Shown here: piece after piece, positions 62,580 to 64,000 of the stretch
Layout: each line of letters starts with the position of its first letter
Position numbering within the stretch: position 1 is the first letter of the stretch
From: Basidiobolus meristosporus CBS 931.73
Taxonomy: Eukaryota; Fungi; Basidiobolomycota
NCBI GenBank assembly: GCA_002104905.1
Contig: MCFE01000419.1
Coordinates: forward strand, 1-64,000
DNA: 64,000 bases
Direction: 5' to 3'
Position numbers and translations under genes: made by a program
Notes under the pieces: model-generated
What the model was told of the DNA's origin: nothing
Databases searched by the model: none
What the model saw: the letters and a program-made list of their open reading frames with translations, nothing else

Positions 62580-64000
62580 GAGAGAAGAGAAAAAAGACCA
62601 TGGGGCTATTGTAGCAAGCCTCTCAGCCATGAAGCACACAGACAGCATAGGAAGTATACAAGTATCATGGCCAGTGTTTTACCACCTAAGTCATACTTGG
62701 CCAATCATTGGTCACTACTATACAAACATTGTCTGGCCAGCCAGTTGATACTTGTGTATTGGCACCTGGCCATCTTTGTCACCTTGCGCAAACTGAGTCA
62801 GGTGAGTTTGTTGTAAGAGAAGAGAAAAAAGACCATGTGGCTATTGTGGCAAGCCTCTCAGACATGAAGCACACAGACAGCATAGGAAGTATTACAAGGA
62901 TCACAGCCAGTGTTTTGCCCCCCAAGTCATATTTGACCATTCATTGGTCACTACTGTACCAATATTATCTGACCGGCCAGTTGATACTTCTATATTGGCA
63001 CTTGGCTGTCTTTGTCACCTTGCACAAACTGAGTCAGGTGAGTTTGTGACACCTTTAGGCTCACCTCAGCCTGCTGAATATGGCACGTAGAGTGATACCT
63101 CTGACAAAGAAAGTTCACTAATGGATTTTGAGCCTATCTCCCATAACAACAGTACCACATATGAGCCCGGTCAAATCCCTCTATGCAATGAGGCAACACC
63201 TGTTGAAACAAATGCCAAGGATACTCTATCGAGCCAAATGAGCCCAGTAATCCATCTACTTGTAAATGATGTAATATTGTGGCTGGAGAAGTGGCATGTT
63301 TCCACTAATATCAGTAATGGGGGCTTTGAGGATTTATTACTACTTCTTGCCATAATCATACTGGATGCAACTTACCATGCACATGGTACAAGTGGACAAC
63401 CATCATGTGGCAGGCAACATATGATTCAGAGACTGTCCTGATTCCAGCATGTGTTAATATCTGCATGGCATTCACATCCAAAAATGCTGCCATTGCATGT
63501 GTCCATATTGTCATGAATCCACCACCATTGAGGGAAAACATTGTTCACACACCAGCTATATTCCAGTCATAACCCATCTGAGAAAGCTGATGCAGTCCAA
63601 CAAATATTGCAAAGCTATACAGTACCACTGTAGTGGGGTCACAATGACACTCACTGACAGATGTGCTCATTCCCATATTTTCTACTTCCCTACATCTCTA
63701 CTACACTTATTTTAGTTTTATCCCATTTGTCTTACCTGATCAGTACTATCCCATAAGCCAGTCAACTATCACACCTGCTTACCATATTGCATAAGTTATC
63801 CCTCACTTTATGTAAGATTACCAGCTGTAAGTGCTTCTATATTAGGCAGGTACCCACGCCAGTACTGGTGACAAATGATCAGCCCCTGTCACCATCCCTA
63901 TCATTTCCATACTGTATATGGTATCCCTATGTTACACAGGTTTCAAGGTACTGATTCCTGATTGGCTGGATGTGCTGTGCCTCTTAGAGCCTTCTGGCAC
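62580..64000 (+). mobile_element. Degenerate CACTA/En-Spm-like (Tnp2 / Transposase_21-type) transposase 5' region, runs off the window end
   Basis: RPCGYCGKPL..AH..H; ACVNICMAFT; CPYCHE..IEGK..SYIPVITHLRKLM, the pattern of fungal CACTA transposase N-termini; frameshifted and CpG-depleted. Confidence 0.6.
62582..63047 (+). repeat. Tandem duplication of a ~235-bp unit
   Basis: Units start GAGAAGAGAAAAAAGACCATG at 62582 and 62817 and end GAGTCAGGTGAGTTTGT; clearly similar but diverged. Confidence 0.92.

Overview
Intron-rich eukaryotic DNA, most likely from an early-diverging ('zygomycete'-grade) fungus; this is inferred from gene content and intron style. The window has two sharply different halves. 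1-33.8 kb is gene-dense with normal CpG content: a P450-reductase fusion, a secreted tyrosinase, RNase T2, PMP3, a hexokinase-like gene with broken ATP motifs, TSC13, two divergent Sso syntaxins, a ~2,400-aa UNC79-like HEAT/C1 protein, a stand-alone TOG3-like gene, VMA16 and probable LINE relics. 33.8-64 kb is all transposable element: a nest of CpG-depleted Ty1/copia elements with a solo LTR, a full-length Ty3/gypsy element with an extra unknown ORF, a two-ORF PIF/Harbinger-ISL2EU-type DNA transposon and CACTA-like relics. Best leads: (1) the UNC79-like protein with a C1 domain, hinting at a fungal NALCN/Cch1 channelosome; (2) an intact 885-bp transposase ORF with zero CpG (all 28 Arg are AGA/AGG) beside a CpG-rich partner ORF; (3) the gypsy ORF3; (4) a probable pseudo-hexokinase; (5) a 361-bp perfectly identical inverted patch between old copia copies. 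Exon boundaries, counts and homologies were read by eye or recalled from memory and need computational confirmation.
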